Origin: an uncultured Acidobacteriota bacterium | Lineage (GTDB): Bacteria; Acidobacteriota; Vicinamibacteria; Fen-336 | Length of the DNA stretch: 64,000 nt | NCBI GenBank assembly: GCA_963847655.1 | Contig: CAWKAS010000014.1 | Span: forward strand, 29,584 to 93,583 | Reading direction: 5' to 3' | In this document: positions 49,595 through 59,901 of the stretch, one piece after another | Numbering within the stretch: the first letter of the stretch is position 1 | Layout: each line of letters starts with the position of its first letter | The notes under the pieces: model-generated | What the model was told of the DNA's origin: nothing | Databases searched by the model: none | Seen by the model: only the letters and a program-made list of their open reading frames with translations | Program-made: the position numbers and the translations under genes

Positions 49595-51082
49595 ATGAGA
49601 GGGACGCTCCGGATACCGGGTGTGCTCCTGATGGCTGCCGCGCTGTCGGCGGCGAGCTGCTCGAAGGAGCCGGCGGCCCCCACGGTGGAGGATCTCCTGG
49701 GGGCGTGGTCCGGCTCGATGCGCCACGAGGGCGAGGAGCAGATGCTGGCCCTGGAGCTCGAGCCGGCCGAGGACGGCCAGGTGTCGCTGCGGTTGACCGT
49801 CCCCGCCGCGAACCTCAACCGGGTCTCGGCCGGGAGCGTGGAGCCGAGGATCGAGGGCCGGCAGGTCACCCTCGGCCCCTTCGTGCTCGCCTACGACCGC
49901 GAAGCGCGATCGCTCGCGGGGACGATGCCCGCGGGCCTGGTGCCGGTGTACGCGATCCCCTTCACCCTCAGGCGTGTCGAGGCGGTGGAGGCGCCGATGC
50001 GACCCGAGCCGAGCGCGCCCTCGGCCGAGCCGTCGTGGACCTTCGACGCTGGCGCCGCCCTCTGGCCGGGCGCCACCTTCGCCGACGGCGTGGTCTACGC
50101 GGGGGACGACGAGGGACGTCTCCACGCCCTGGACGCGAGCACAGGCAGGGAGCGCTGGTCTTTCGCGGCGGGCGGACCGATCCGGACCCGCGCCACCGTC
50201 ACGGACGGCGCCCTCTACTTCCAGGCCGACGACGGGGTTCTCTACTGCCTCGACGGCGCCAGCGGGAAGGCGGTGTGGCAGGTCCGCTTGGTGGAGCGGC
50301 GCGTCGAGCGCCTCCCGCCCGGCGACCCGCAGTCGCGCTACGACGGCTTCGGCTCCGACGTCACCGCGGCCGAGGGACGCCTCTTCCTCGGCACCCACGA
50401 CGGGCGCCTCGTCGCCGTCGATCCCGCGGACGGCACGCTCCTCTGGGAGTTCGCGGCGGGCGGCAGCGTCCTGGCCGCCCCGACCCTCTCCTCCGGGCGC
50501 GTCTTCCTCGGCTGCTTCGACGGCCACGTGCGCGCCCTCGACGCGGCGACGGGGAAACCCCTGTGGAAGACGGACACGAGGGGCGCGGTCCTGTCGACCC
50601 CGGCGTTGGCCGGCGAAGTGCTCGTCGTGGGGAACCGGGCCTACGACCTCCTGGGGCTGAGCGTGCAGACGGGGGAGGTGGTCTGGAAGGACTACATCTG
50701 GTTCTCGTGGGTGGAGTCGTCAGCGACGGTCGAGGACGGCGTGGCCTACGTCGGGTCCTCGGACGCCGCCGCCGTCTTCGCCTTCGAGGCGTCCACGGGG
50801 AAGCGGCTCTGGAAGACGGACGTCTTCGGCTGGGCCTGGGGACAGCCCGCGGTCACCGCCGAGCGCATCTTCGTCGGGACTGCGTCCTTGCGGGGCTACC
50901 TGGGAGATGCCCACCGGGGAGGCGTCATGGCGCTCGAGCGCGGCAGCGGGGAGGCGGTGTGGCGCTACGCGGCCGAGCCGCCGGACGAGGGGGCGTGGGG
51001 CTTCCCCGGCTCTCCGGCCGTCGGCGCGGGCCAGGTGTTCGTGACGGGGATCGACGGGCGGGTTCTCGCGTTCGCACAGTAG
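49595..51082 (+). CDS. PQQ-like beta-propeller repeat lipoprotein (BamB-like fold)
   Basis: Lipobox LSAASC. It has about 8 repeats of the G.L.ALDA.TGK.LW pattern. Confidence 0.8.
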   Translation: MRGTLRIPGVLLMAAALSAASCSKEPAAPTVEDLLGAWSGSMRHEGEEQMLALELEPAEDGQVSLRLTVPAANLNRVSAGSVEPRIEGRQVTLGPFVLAYDREARSLAGTMPAGLVPVYAIPFTLRRVEAVEAPMRPEPSAPSAEPSWTFDAGAALWPGATFADGVVYAGDDEGRLHALDASTGRERWSFAAGGPIRTRATVTDGALYFQADDGVLYCLDGASGKAVWQVRLVERRVERLPPGDPQSRYDGFGSDVTAAEGRLFLGTHDGRLVAVDPADGTLLWEFAAGGSVLAAPTLSSGRVFLGCFDGHVRALDAATGKPLWKTDTRGAVLSTPALAGEVLVVGNRAYDLLGLSVQTGEVVWKDYIWFSWVESSATVEDGVAYVGSSDAAAVFAFEASTGKRLWKTDVFGWAWGQPAVTAERIFVGTASLRGYLGDAHRGGVMALERGSGEAVWRYAAEPPDEGAWGFPGSPAVGAGQVFVTGIDGRVLAFAQ

Positions 51083-51163
51083 CGCACGGGACGACGTCGC
51101 GCGGCGGGGGTGGACCGCGGTCGTCGTCGAGGACTCCGACGGACCGTCAGCGCGGAGCGGACG

Positions 51164-52318
51164 TCAGTCCGCGCGGCCGAGCTGTCGGGCCCGCAGGGCC
51201 AGGAGCGCGACCGCGGCGAAGCCGGTGGCCCCGAGCATCAGGACGACGTGCACCCCGAAGGTCGCGGCCAGATGGCCGGCCGCCCAGGGGACCGACATGG
51301 CGCCGAGCACCGAGAGCGAGAAGAGCACACCGAAGACGGTCCCGGTGCGCGCCGGCAGCGCCGCCGCCGCCACCCCGAGGGTCGTCGGCGTCACGCCGGC
51401 GTAGGCGAAGGCGGCAACGATCAGCAGAGCCGACGCGGAGTAGAAGCCGGGCGCGACGGTGGCAAGGGCGAGCGCCGAGGCGGCGCCACCGGCCAGGAGC
51501 GGCATGAGCGCGAGGGCGGAGACGTGAAGGAGGACGTGACCGAGAAGCAACCGCGCCGCGATGAGCGCGACCCAGAAGCCGACCAGCACCAGGGACGCCG
51601 CCCTCACGCTGGCCCCGGTCGCGCTCGTGAGAAAGGTGGTGAGGTAGCCGGCCAGCAGCATCTCGGTGCCCGCCTGGAAGAAGAGGAGGGCTCCGAGAAT
51701 CGAGACGAGGGGGTGGCGCAGGACGGCGCGCGCGTCGGCGAGGCTCAGGCCCTCGGGCTGCTTGGCCGGAGGGTAGGAGGGCAGGGCCGAGAGCGCCCCG
51801 GTGAGGACGGAGACCGTCGCGGCGCCGAGGAGGAGGGTGGCGAGGCCCAGCCGGTCCAGAAGGGTGCCGATGAGAAGGGGCAGGAACCCGGCGCCGAGGC
51901 CGAAGAAGACCCCGAGGCGGTTCATGGCGGCGGCCTTCACGCGCGGCGCCGGGTGCAGGTCGGCCACCAGCGCGTTGGTGGCGCCGTTCAGCGCGCTGCC
52001 CCCGAAGCCGAGGAGGGCCACCGCCCCGGCCAGCTCCACCGGTGTCCCCGCCCGGGCCACGAGGGCCAGCGCGGTGCCGATGAGGAGAGGGCCGGCACTC
52101 AGTGACCCCCGGTAGCCGAAACGGTCGACCACCATGCCGAAGACGGGGCTGCCGGCGAGGATCCCACCGTTCAAGGCGACGAAGAGGTTGCCGACGGTGT
52201 CGAGGCCCAGGCCCAGCGGCGCCGCCACCAGGGGCAGGACCGCGCCCAAAAGGGCGACCACGATGCCGAAGAGGAACATGCCGCCAAAGGCTGCCGCCTC
52301 GTCGGCCCGGCCCTTCAT
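51164..52318 (-). CDS. MFS transporter
   Basis: 12 TM helices. The start is at MKGRADEAAAFGG (coordinate +/-1). The longer upstream GTG extension looks non-coding. Confidence 0.8.
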   Translation of the reverse strand: MKGRADEAAAFGGMFLFGIVVALLGAVLPLVAAPLGLGLDTVGNLFVALNGGILAGSPVFGMVVDRFGYRGSLSAGPLLIGTALALVARAGTPVELAGAVALLGFGGSALNGATNALVADLHPAPRVKAAAMNRLGVFFGLGAGFLPLLIGTLLDRLGLATLLLGAATVSVLTGALSALPSYPPAKQPEGLSLADARAVLRHPLVSILGALLFFQAGTEMLLAGYLTTFLTSATGASVRAASLVLVGFWVALIAARLLLGHVLLHVSALALMPLLAGGAASALALATVAPGFYSASALLIVAAFAYAGVTPTTLGVAAAALPARTGTVFGVLFSLSVLGAMSVPWAAGHLAATFGVHVVLMLGATGFAAVALLALRARQLGRAD

Positions 52319-52504
52319 GGGAACCCGGCCGACGGACCGGCCGGAGGTAGAGGGACGCTCGACAGACCGAGTGGCACCGACGGAGTGTACACAACCGCCT
52401 GCCCGCTGGCTCCGAGGGCGAGGGCGCGCGGCTCCCACTTGAATCCTGCCCCCAACCGGGCATCATGTGAGGCAAGGCGTCACCGGACAACCAGCGGTCG
52501 TGCC

Positions 52505-53095
52505 ATGAGCGAACCGATCTCCGCGCGCAACGCGATCACCGGGCTTCTCCGGGAGGCCGCCCGTCCCGGGCACCCCGACGGTGCCGAGGAGCGTCTCTAC
52601 GAGGCCGTCTATCCGGAGCTGCGCCGGCTCGCGGCCCGGCTGATGAGGGGGGAGCGGCCGAACCACACCCTCCAGGCCACGGCCCTGGTCAACGAGGCCT
52701 ACCTCCAGCTCGTGGACCGGACACGTGTCGAGTGGGAGTGCCGAGCCCACTTCTTCGGCGCGGCGGCGCGGGCGATGCGGCGCATCCTGGTGGACCACGC
52801 CCGGCGCCGGAAGGCGGAGCGCCGGGGCGGAGGAGCGCGGCCGATCACCCTGGACGAGTCGCAGATGCCGGGCGTGACCTCGGACGAGGGGCTCCTCACG
52901 ATGAACGACGCCCTGGAGCGACTCGCCGCCTTCGACCCCCGGGGGGCGCGCGTCGTCGAGCTCCGTGTCTTCGGGGGCCTCAGCGTTCCGGAGGCGGCCC
53001 AGCTCCTGGGGGTCTCGAAGCGCACCGTGGACGGCGACTGGGCCGTGGCCAAGAGGTACCTGGCCCGGGCCCTCACCGACCAGGCGTCCCCGTGA
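52505..53095 (+). CDS. ECF-type RNA polymerase sigma factor (STK-associated subgroup)
   Basis: Sigma-70 region 2 (LVNEAYLQL) and region 4 HTH (LSVPEAAQLLGVSKRTVDGDW). Confidence 0.8.
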   Translation: MSEPISARNAITGLLREAARPGHPDGAEERLYEAVYPELRRLAARLMRGERPNHTLQATALVNEAYLQLVDRTRVEWECRAHFFGAAARAMRRILVDHARRRKAERRGGGARPITLDESQMPGVTSDEGLLTMNDALERLAAFDPRGARVVELRVFGGLSVPEAAQLLGVSKRTVDGDWAVAKRYLARALTDQASP

Positions 53096-55890
53096 CGGGT
53101 CCCGATTTCGCGCGGGTCAAGGAGGTGCTCCTCCAGGTCATGGAGCTTCCAGAGGTCGAGCGGGCGGCGACCCTGGAGCGGCTCTGTGGCGCCGACCGGG
53201 GGCTGCGTGCCGAGGTCGAGTCGCTCCTGGCCCACGAGGAGCCCCTCACCGCAGACCTGATGCCCACGCACCCGGCGGCCCTGGGCCCACCGGGGCCCCC
53301 TCTCGGAGCGAGCCCGACGGGTCCGGGAGAGACGATCGGCCCCTACCGTCTCGGACCGCCCATTGGCGAGGGAGGGATGGGCGTCGTCTACGCCGCGACG
53401 CAGGAGGCCCCGCTCCGCCGTGCGGTCGCCCTCAAGCTGATCAAGCCGGGGATGGACTCCGCGGGCGTCATCGCGCGCTTCACCGCCGAGCGGCAGGCCC
53501 TGGCGCTCATGGACCACCCGTTCATCGCGCGCGTCTTCGACGCCGGCGCCGCCGACTCCGGCCGCCCGTACTTCGTGATGGAGCTGGTGGAGGGCGAGCC
53601 CCTCACCGCCTTCTGCTCGCGCGAGAACCTGACCGTCCGCGAACGTCTGGAGCTCTTCGGGCTCGTGTGCCAGGCTGTCCAGCACGCCCACCAGAAGGGG
53701 ATCATCCACCGCGACCTCAAGCCCTCGAACATCCTCGTCGCCCGACGGGAGGGTCGGCCCGTCCCCAAGGTCATCGACTTCGGGATCGCGAAGGCCGTGG
53801 CCGAGCCGCTCGGGACCGGTTCCTTCCTCACGCGCGAGGGACTGCCGCTGGGCACCCTCGACTACATGAGCCCGGAGCAGGCCGGCGTCGTCCCAGGGGG
53901 CGTCGACACGCGCAGCGACGTCTACAGCCTGGGGGTGATCCTCTACGAGCTTCTCGTCGGCCGCCTTCCCCTCGTCTTCGGCTCCTCCTCGCCCCAGGAG
54001 GTGCGTCGCGTGCTGGGCGACCAGACGCCCACGCGCCCCAGCCTCGCCGCGCGCACCACGGGCGGGGCCTCCGAGGGGTCGGCCCCGTCCGGCACCACCG
54101 AGCGTGGGCGGCGGCGCCTGGCCCGCGCGCTCTCCGGCGACCTCGACAACGTGGTGATGAAGGCCCTGCACAAGGAGCGGGATCGCCGCTACGCCTCGGT
54201 CGAGCAGCTGGGGGAGGACGTGCGCCGCCATCTCGACTCGCGGCCGGTCCGGGCGCGCCCGGACCGCCTCGGCTACCGGGCCAGCCGGTTCGTCCGGCGG
54301 CACCGGGCGGGCGTGGCGGTGGCCTCGGCGGCGGCCGTCCTCCTCGCGGTCGCCGGCGCGGGTCTCGTCCTTCAGTCGTGGCGGCTCGCCCGTGAGCGGG
54401 AGGCGGCGCGGGCGGCGGAGGCCCAGGCGACGGTCGAAGCGCGGACGGCCGAGGCGACGGCCGGCTTTCTCCGGCGACTCTTCTTCACCGCCGACCCCCG
54501 CGCGCGCGGGGACCAGACGGTGACCGCCCGGGATCTGCTCGACGCGGGGTTGAAGGAGATCGAGGCCGATGCCTCGCTGCCCCTGAAGACTCGCGCGGAG
54601 CTGAACCTGACCCTGGGCCTGGCTCTCAGCCACCTCGGCGAGCACGAGCGGGCCCTTCCCAGCCTCCGCGCCGCCGTCGCCGAGAACGAGAGGCTCTACG
54701 GGCGAGATTCCGTCGAAAGCGCCGAGGCCCTCCACCGATTGGGCGACGTCCTCCGTGAGGCCGATCGGTTCGAAGAGGCCCAGGAGGCGCTCGACGAGGC
54801 GCTCGCCATCCGGCGCCGCCACCTGGCCCCGGAGAGCGACGAGATGGCCGACTCGTACAACAACCTGGCCATCCTGGCGCTGGATCGGGGCGACTTCGCC
54901 GGCTCCGAGCGGCTGCAGACGGAGAGCGTCGCGATGCACGCCCGCCTCTCCGGCGAGGGGTCTCCCGAGCTCGGGACCCCGCTCAACAACCTGGCCATGC
55001 TCAAGCGGCGGCTCGGGAAGCTCGACGAGGCGCTCGCCCTCGCCCGGCGGGCCCAGGTGAGCCTGGCCCGTTCCGACGACCAGGCTGCGATCATGGGGAA
55101 TCGCCTTCTCCGGGCGCGACTGGGTCGGGAGCTGGGCTCGCCGCGCGCGGCCCTGCCCGAGTTCGTCGCGTTGCGCGAGGCGTTCCTCCGCCTGCAGGGC
55201 CGCGACGGCACGACGTCGATCAACCTGCAGCGCGAGATCGGGCAGTGCCACCAGCTCCTGGGCGAGTACGACGCGGCGCGGGAGGCCTACTCCCGCGCCG
55301 AGGCCGACCTGCTGCGCAGCGGCCGTCGTCGCTCGGACTCCTTCGTCGTCCTTCGTCTCCACCAGGGCCTCCTGGCCTGGGAGCGCGGCGACCTGGCCTC
55401 CGCGGAGCGGCTCCTGCGGGAAGCCGTCACCCTGCACGTCAGCGTTCAGGGGCCGAGCCACTTCCGCACCGCGGTGCTTCGGGGGCGTCTCGCCGAGATC
55501 CTCATCGATCGGGGCAAGCTCGACCAGGCGGAGGCCGAGCTGCGCGACGGCCTGTCCCGTCTGCCCCCACCCGAGGAGCGTCCCCACGTCGGTGCCGCGT
55601 TCATCTTGATCCGACTCGCACGGATCGCCCGACTCGGGGGGAAGACCGACGCCGCGCGTGACTCGCTGGATCGGGCCCGCCGTGTGATCCTCGAGACCAG
55701 GGGCGGGGAGAGCGTCGAGATGGGGGAGCTGCTGCTCGAAGAGGCGGCCCTCCGGCTCGCGGGCGGGGACCGGCCCGGCGCCGCGCCGCTCCTCGAGAAG
55801 GCGGCGTCCCTCCTCGAGAGTCGACTCCCGCCCACGCATCCCGACCGGCGCCGCCTGGCGCGAGCTCGGAGCGAAGGCGTGGTGTCCTGA
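53092..55890 (+). CDS. Serine/threonine protein kinase with C-terminal TPR repeats
   Basis: Its GTG overlaps the sigma stop (GTGA). It carries the Hanks kinase motifs (GEGGMGVVY, VALK, HRDLKPSNIL, DFGIAK, SPEQ), a TM helix, and ~400 aa of TPR. Confidence 0.9.
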   Translation: MTGPDFARVKEVLLQVMELPEVERAATLERLCGADRGLRAEVESLLAHEEPLTADLMPTHPAALGPPGPPLGASPTGPGETIGPYRLGPPIGEGGMGVVYAATQEAPLRRAVALKLIKPGMDSAGVIARFTAERQALALMDHPFIARVFDAGAADSGRPYFVMELVEGEPLTAFCSRENLTVRERLELFGLVCQAVQHAHQKGIIHRDLKPSNILVARREGRPVPKVIDFGIAKAVAEPLGTGSFLTREGLPLGTLDYMSPEQAGVVPGGVDTRSDVYSLGVILYELLVGRLPLVFGSSSPQEVRRVLGDQTPTRPSLAARTTGGASEGSAPSGTTERGRRRLARALSGDLDNVVMKALHKERDRRYASVEQLGEDVRRHLDSRPVRARPDRLGYRASRFVRRHRAGVAVASAAAVLLAVAGAGLVLQSWRLAREREAARAAEAQATVEARTAEATAGFLRRLFFTADPRARGDQTVTARDLLDAGLKEIEADASLPLKTRAELNLTLGLALSHLGEHERALPSLRAAVAENERLYGRDSVESAEALHRLGDVLREADRFEEAQEALDEALAIRRRHLAPESDEMADSYNNLAILALDRGDFAGSERLQTESVAMHARLSGEGSPELGTPLNNLAMLKRRLGKLDEALALARRAQVSLARSDDQAAIMGNRLLRARLGRELGSPRAALPEFVALREAFLRLQGRDGTTSINLQREIGQCHQLLGEYDAAREAYSRAEADLLRSGRRRSDSFVVLRLHQGLLAWERGDLASAERLLREAVTLHVSVQGPSHFRTAVLRGRLAEILIDRGKLDQAEAELRDGLSRLPPPEERPHVGAAFILIRLARIARLGGKTDAARDSLDRARRVILETRGGESVEMGELLLEEAALRLAGGDRPGAAPLLEKAASLLESRLPPTHPDRRRLARARSEGVVS

Positions 55891-55905
55891 GGACGGGCCG
55901 CGGGC

Positions 55906-55990
55906 CCCACCCCGGGTCCCGGGGTGAGGCCCCCACCCGCTCGCGGCCGAGCCCCGCCGGCGAGAGTCGCCGGCCTGGCTGGGGAGCCCG
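55906..55990. terminator. Two GC-rich hairpins (CACCCCGGG-TC-CCGGGGTG; GGGGAGCC-CGCAGT-GGCTCCCC) between convergent genes
   Basis: Read directly. They are probably bidirectional terminators. There are no T-runs, which is common at this GC content. Confidence 0.4.
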
Positions 55991-56002
55991 CAGTGGCTCC
56001 CC

Positions 56003-56464
56003 TCAGAGAATCTTGTGCAGCTGCATGACGCCGCCCTGGTTGAGCACGCGGCCGGACACGCAATCCGACGAGAGACGCCGCACTGGGCCGCCCAGCTCAG
56101 AGTTCTGCTCGCTCAACGCCAGGTGGGGGCGATCGGAGTAGTACGCGGTGCACCCGTTCGCCTCGTCGGTGTCCCGGCCACTGAACTCCAGCACGCCGAA
56201 CTCGTCGATCGTGCCGGTGATCTCGTTCTCGTCCCGGCCCACGGTCAGGGTCCCCCGGATCTCGTTCGCGCTCTGGGTCAGGCTGAGGGTGACGGACGGC
56301 CGGCTCGCCGCCGACGCCCACTCGCCGCGCCAGCTTCCGCCGACGCTGGGATAACGCGGACCCGGGCTCGAGCCCGTGACGCCTTCGGAACCCCCACCAC
56401 AGGCCCCCAGCACGAGGGGCGCCAGACCCACCACCGCGACCGCCATCGCTCCGTGCAGCTTCAT
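56003..56464 (-). CDS. Hypothetical lipoprotein
   Basis: Start at MKLHGAMAVAVVGLAPLVLGAC (lipobox); ~130-aa mature domain with two Cys. Confidence 0.5.
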   Translation of the reverse strand: MKLHGAMAVAVVGLAPLVLGACGGGSEGVTGSSPGPRYPSVGGSWRGEWASAASRPSVTLSLTQSANEIRGTLTVGRDENEITGTIDEFGVLEFSGRDTDEANGCTAYYSDRPHLALSEQNSELGGPVRRLSSDCVSGRVLNQGGVMQLHKIL

Positions 56465-56596
56465 GTGCATCCTCCTCACCCTCTCATGCGCATCCCGGGT
56501 CGCGAACGCGCAACGAAGGCCGAAAGACAGGACCTCCGCCCGATTCGGGATGAGGCCCTCACGGGTGGGGGCGGCAGGCGGCTACTCGCCCGGACC

Positions 56597-57442
56597 TCAG
56601 GCCAGGGCTGCGGGGAGGACCTCGGCGCAGTCGGCCTCGATCTTCAGATCGACCTCCGCGTCGGCCCGGGTGCGCCCGAGGTTCACCGCCGCGACCGCGA
56701 GGCCTCGCCCCCGGGCGGCGCGGACGAAGCGGTACCCCGACCACACCATGAGCGAGGAGCCGACCACGAGCAGGGCGTCCGCCTCGTCGAGGGCGCGCTC
56801 CACCGCCACGACGCGCGACCGCGGGACGTTCTCCCCGAAGAACACCACCCCCGGCTTGAGGATCCCGCCGCACTCGGGGCAGTCGGGCACGCGGAAGGCG
56901 TCGAGGGAGCGGGAGACCGGCGTGTCGCCGTCCGGCCGCACCTCGCCGTCGACGCCCTCGCCCGGGTCGTCCCTGGCGCCCCGAAGGGCCGCGAACCGGG
57001 GATTCCAGGAGACGAGGAGGTGCTGCAGGTCGTCGCGCCGCACGCGCGTGCCGCAGCCCAGGCACTCGACCACGTCGAGCCGCCCGTGCAGGTCCAGGAC
57101 GCGCCGGCTCCCGGCCCTCTGATGCAGCCCGTCGACGTTCTGCGTGACCACCTCACGCACGGAGCCCCGTGCCTCGAGGTGGGCGAGGGCGGCGTGGGCG
57201 GGGTTGGGCCGGGCGTCCCGCACGCGGGGCCACCCCCGGAGGCTGCCCGCCCAGTAGCGCCGCCGGGCCGGGGCGCTCCCGGTGAACTGGGCGAAGGTCA
57301 TCGGCCGGTGATGCTTCCAGGCCCCGTCGGGGCCCCGGTAGTCGGGGATCCCGGAGGGCACCGAGCACCCGGCCCCGGTGAGGACCAGCACCCGCCGGTG
57401 GGCCTGCAGGAACGCGCGCAGCGCCTGGGGGGCCTCGCTCAT
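56597..57442 (-). CDS. cobB: NAD-dependent protein deacylase (Sir2/sirtuin family, CobB-like)
   Basis: GAGCSVPSGIPDYRG, TQNVDGLH, and a Zn ribbon (CLGCG...CPECGG). Confidence 0.85.
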   Translation of the reverse strand: MSEAPQALRAFLQAHRRVLVLTGAGCSVPSGIPDYRGPDGAWKHHRPMTFAQFTGSAPARRRYWAGSLRGWPRVRDARPNPAHAALAHLEARGSVREVVTQNVDGLHQRAGSRRVLDLHGRLDVVECLGCGTRVRRDDLQHLLVSWNPRFAALRGARDDPGEGVDGEVRPDGDTPVSRSLDAFRVPDCPECGGILKPGVVFFGENVPRSRVVAVERALDEADALLVVGSSLMVWSGYRFVRAARGRGLAVAAVNLGRTRADAEVDLKIEADCAEVLPAALA

Positions 57443-57504
57443 CCCCGCCAGGGTACGACGGCTTCGCTCCGCGATCCACGCCGGGCCAGGCGCGGACCTG
57501 CTCG

Positions 57505-58239
57505 CTACCCGGGCCGGTGTCGGAGATTGGCGTAGCGCCGTGGCCGTGGGGGAGAGAGCCTCGGGTCTGTCTCCCGCATGAGCGCGGTGGTGGCCCGGTG
57601 GGCCAGGCGCAGCGGCTCGGGGATGCGGAAGCGCCCACCCGCGCGCAGCACCAGGTCGACCGCGGAGTCGACGTCCATCAGGTGACCGGGGGAGACGAAG
57701 ACCGGGGAGACGCCGGCCCGGGTCCGCAGGACCGCGCCCACGACGTCGCCCTCGTGCACCAGGTCCGCGCGTCCCCCGCGCCGGGCGGGGACCGGCCCGT
57801 GCTCCCCGACCAGGCGCGACTTGGCACAGCCCAGGGTGGGGGTCCCGAGCAGCAGGCCGGCGTGGCAGGCGAGACCGAGACGCCGGGGGTGGGCGAGCCC
57901 CTGGCCGTCGAAGAAGACGGCGTCGGGCCGGCTCTTCAGTCGCTGGAAGGCGCGGACGAGGGGCGGCACCTCGCGGAAGCTGAACAGGCCGGGGATGTAG
58001 GGAAAGCGGGCGAGTTGGACCGCGCTCGACGTCTCGACGACCTCGAAGTCGGGAATGCGGACCGCCACCACCGCGGCGTACATGCGGTGGGTCGGCCGGG
58101 AGTAGGCGACGTCCGCCGCCGCCACCAGCCGCACCTCCCGGCGGAGCGGCTCGAGGCAGAGCCGCTTGCGCAGCCCCCGCTGGATCTCCAGCGCCTCCTG
58201 CGTCGAGACCCGCCAGGGGTGGAGCTCGGCGACCTGCAT
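57505..58239 (-). CDS. nfi: Endonuclease V (deoxyinosine 3' endonuclease)
   Basis: AADVAY (catalytic Asp), FREVPPL, FDGQGLAHPRRLGLACHAG. It ends 63 nt upstream of cobB on the same strand. Confidence 0.8.
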   Translation of the reverse strand: MQVAELHPWRVSTQEALEIQRGLRKRLCLEPLRREVRLVAAADVAYSRPTHRMYAAVVAVRIPDFEVVETSSAVQLARFPYIPGLFSFREVPPLVRAFQRLKSRPDAVFFDGQGLAHPRRLGLACHAGLLLGTPTLGCAKSRLVGEHGPVPARRGGRADLVHEGDVVGAVLRTRAGVSPVFVSPGHLMDVDSAVDLVLRAGGRFRIPEPLRLAHRATTALMRETDPRLSPPRPRRYANLRHRPG

Positions 58240-58385
58240 GCCGAGATCATAGATCGTCCGGAGTGGCGCCCAGGAGATCCCCGCTCCTGGGCGGGCGGGC
58301 CTCCGGGCGCCGGGGATGCGATCATCGGGGGGATGCCCGATTCGTGATCGCGCGAGGATTCCGAGAGGGTGCCGGAGTGAGCTCG

Positions 58386-59063
58386 ATGCCAGCGCGTTTC
58401 GACCCCAGCAGCCGTTCGGTGCTCAACCCCCGGGACGTCGGCCGGTTCACGGGCGAGACGCTCTTCGACCGGGTGGCCCGGGCCATCTGCGAGGCCGACT
58501 GTCTCCCGCGCAAGGAGCTCTACGAGTCCTGGGAGCTCGCCCGCCGCGTGCGGCGGAGGATTCGTGGTCGCCGGGTGGTCGAGCTCGCCGCGGGCCACGC
58601 ACTCGTCGCGCACCTCCTCCTGCTGCTCGACGACTCGAGCGAGGGCGCGGTGGCCATCGACACGAAGCCCGTACCCAGCGCGGCCCGCCTCGCGCAGGTC
58701 CTGGTGTCTCGCTGGCCCCGGCTCGACGGTCGGGTCGAAGGTCGCGTGGCGGACCTCGCCACCGTCCACCTCGAGCCCGGGGACCTCGTGGTCTCGGCGC
58801 ACGCCTGTGGGGCGCTCTCCGACACCGTGATCGATCGCGCAGTCCGGGCCCGGGCCGTGGTCGCCCTCCTGCCCTGCTGCCACGACGCCGCCACCTGCGA
58901 CACCGGCGGTCTGACCGGCTTCCTGTCGATCCCCCTCGCCGTTGACGCGACGCGGGTCGCACGCCTGCGCGCGGCCGGCTACGACGTCGTCACCCAGACC
59001 ATCCCCGCGGAGATCACACCCCACAACCGGCTGATCCTTGGAAGCCCGGAAGAACGTCCCTAG
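58386..59063 (+). CDS. Hypothetical protein (weak Rossmann/methyltransferase-like features)
   Basis: Start at MPARFDPSS. It has VVELAAGHALVAHLL and a later acidic beta-strand pattern. No firm assignment. Confidence 0.4.
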   Translation: MPARFDPSSRSVLNPRDVGRFTGETLFDRVARAICEADCLPRKELYESWELARRVRRRIRGRRVVELAAGHALVAHLLLLLDDSSEGAVAIDTKPVPSAARLAQVLVSRWPRLDGRVEGRVADLATVHLEPGDLVVSAHACGALSDTVIDRAVRARAVVALLPCCHDAATCDTGGLTGFLSIPLAVDATRVARLRAAGYDVVTQTIPAEITPHNRLILGSPEERP

Positions 59064-59297
59064 ATCGACCGCCCACTCCTTCCAGGGTGTGCTCGGGGCC
59101 CGCAGCCCTCGGGGTTCGCGAGACGGGTGGCCCGCCTGCCGCCCGCCGAGCTGCACGCGAAGGTGCCGTGGCGCGACGACGACACGCGGCTCATGCCGCT
59201 CGCCGGCGGGGCGCGGGTGCGTCCACGTGTCTTCTGCGCGTCGATGTCGTATGGTGGGCTCGACGTCTGTCCAGAGGTGGAGGGAGGGGGCTCACCC

Positions 59298-59821
59298 ATG
59301 CGTGGTGGGAGTGTCGTGGTGGCGGTGGTGGTGCTGCTGGCGGGTCCGTGGGGGGCGGGGAGGGAAGCCCTCGCGTCGGTATGGAGGACGCGGCGGCGGC
59401 GTCGCCCGCCGATGAGGGGCAACCGGTGGTCGAGGACCTCGCCTGGCTGGCCCGTCGCTGGCGAGGCGAGGGGTTCGGCGGGATCTGCGAGGAGGTCTGG
59501 ACACCTCCGCTCGGCGGCTCGATGGTGGGCCTGTTCCGGCTGGTCCGCGAGGACGAGCTGGTGTTCAGCGAGCACATGATGCTGACCGCCGAGCCTGACG
59601 GGATCGTGCTGAAGGTCAAGCACTTCACGCCGGAGTTCGTCGCGTGGGAGGAGAAGGAGGATGCCGTCCGGTTTCGGCTCGTGGAGCTTCGCCCGAACGA
59701 GGCGGTCTTCGAGGGCCTGAGGATGCGCCGGACGGAGGAGGCCCTCGAGATCGTCCTCCGCATGAAGAACTCCGCGGGGGAGTCGAGGGACGAGACGCTC
59801 ACCCTGCGACCGCAGCCCTGA
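59298..59821 (+). pseudogene. Small secreted hypothetical protein, frameshift in a G-run after the signal peptide
   Basis: GGGAGG RBS; signal MRGGSVVVAVVVLLAGPWGAG in frame 3. The conserved-looking ~145-aa domain (MEDAAAASP...HFTPEFVAWEE...) is in frame 2, with a shift near 59355. Confidence 0.4.
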
Positions 59822-59901
59822 CCCGCGCGGATCACTGCCACGTCCCCGCCGGTGCCGGCGCCCACGCCAGGTGCAGCTTCCGTCGGGCGTGCCGCGGCGC
59901 T

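Noticed and set aside
56597-57442. Defence-type SIR2 (Thoeris/DSR-like NADase)
   Set aside because: It has the canonical sirtuin deacylase motifs and a CxxC...CxxC zinc ribbon, and it has no TIR, SLOG or Ago partner. It is called a housekeeping CobB-like deacylase.
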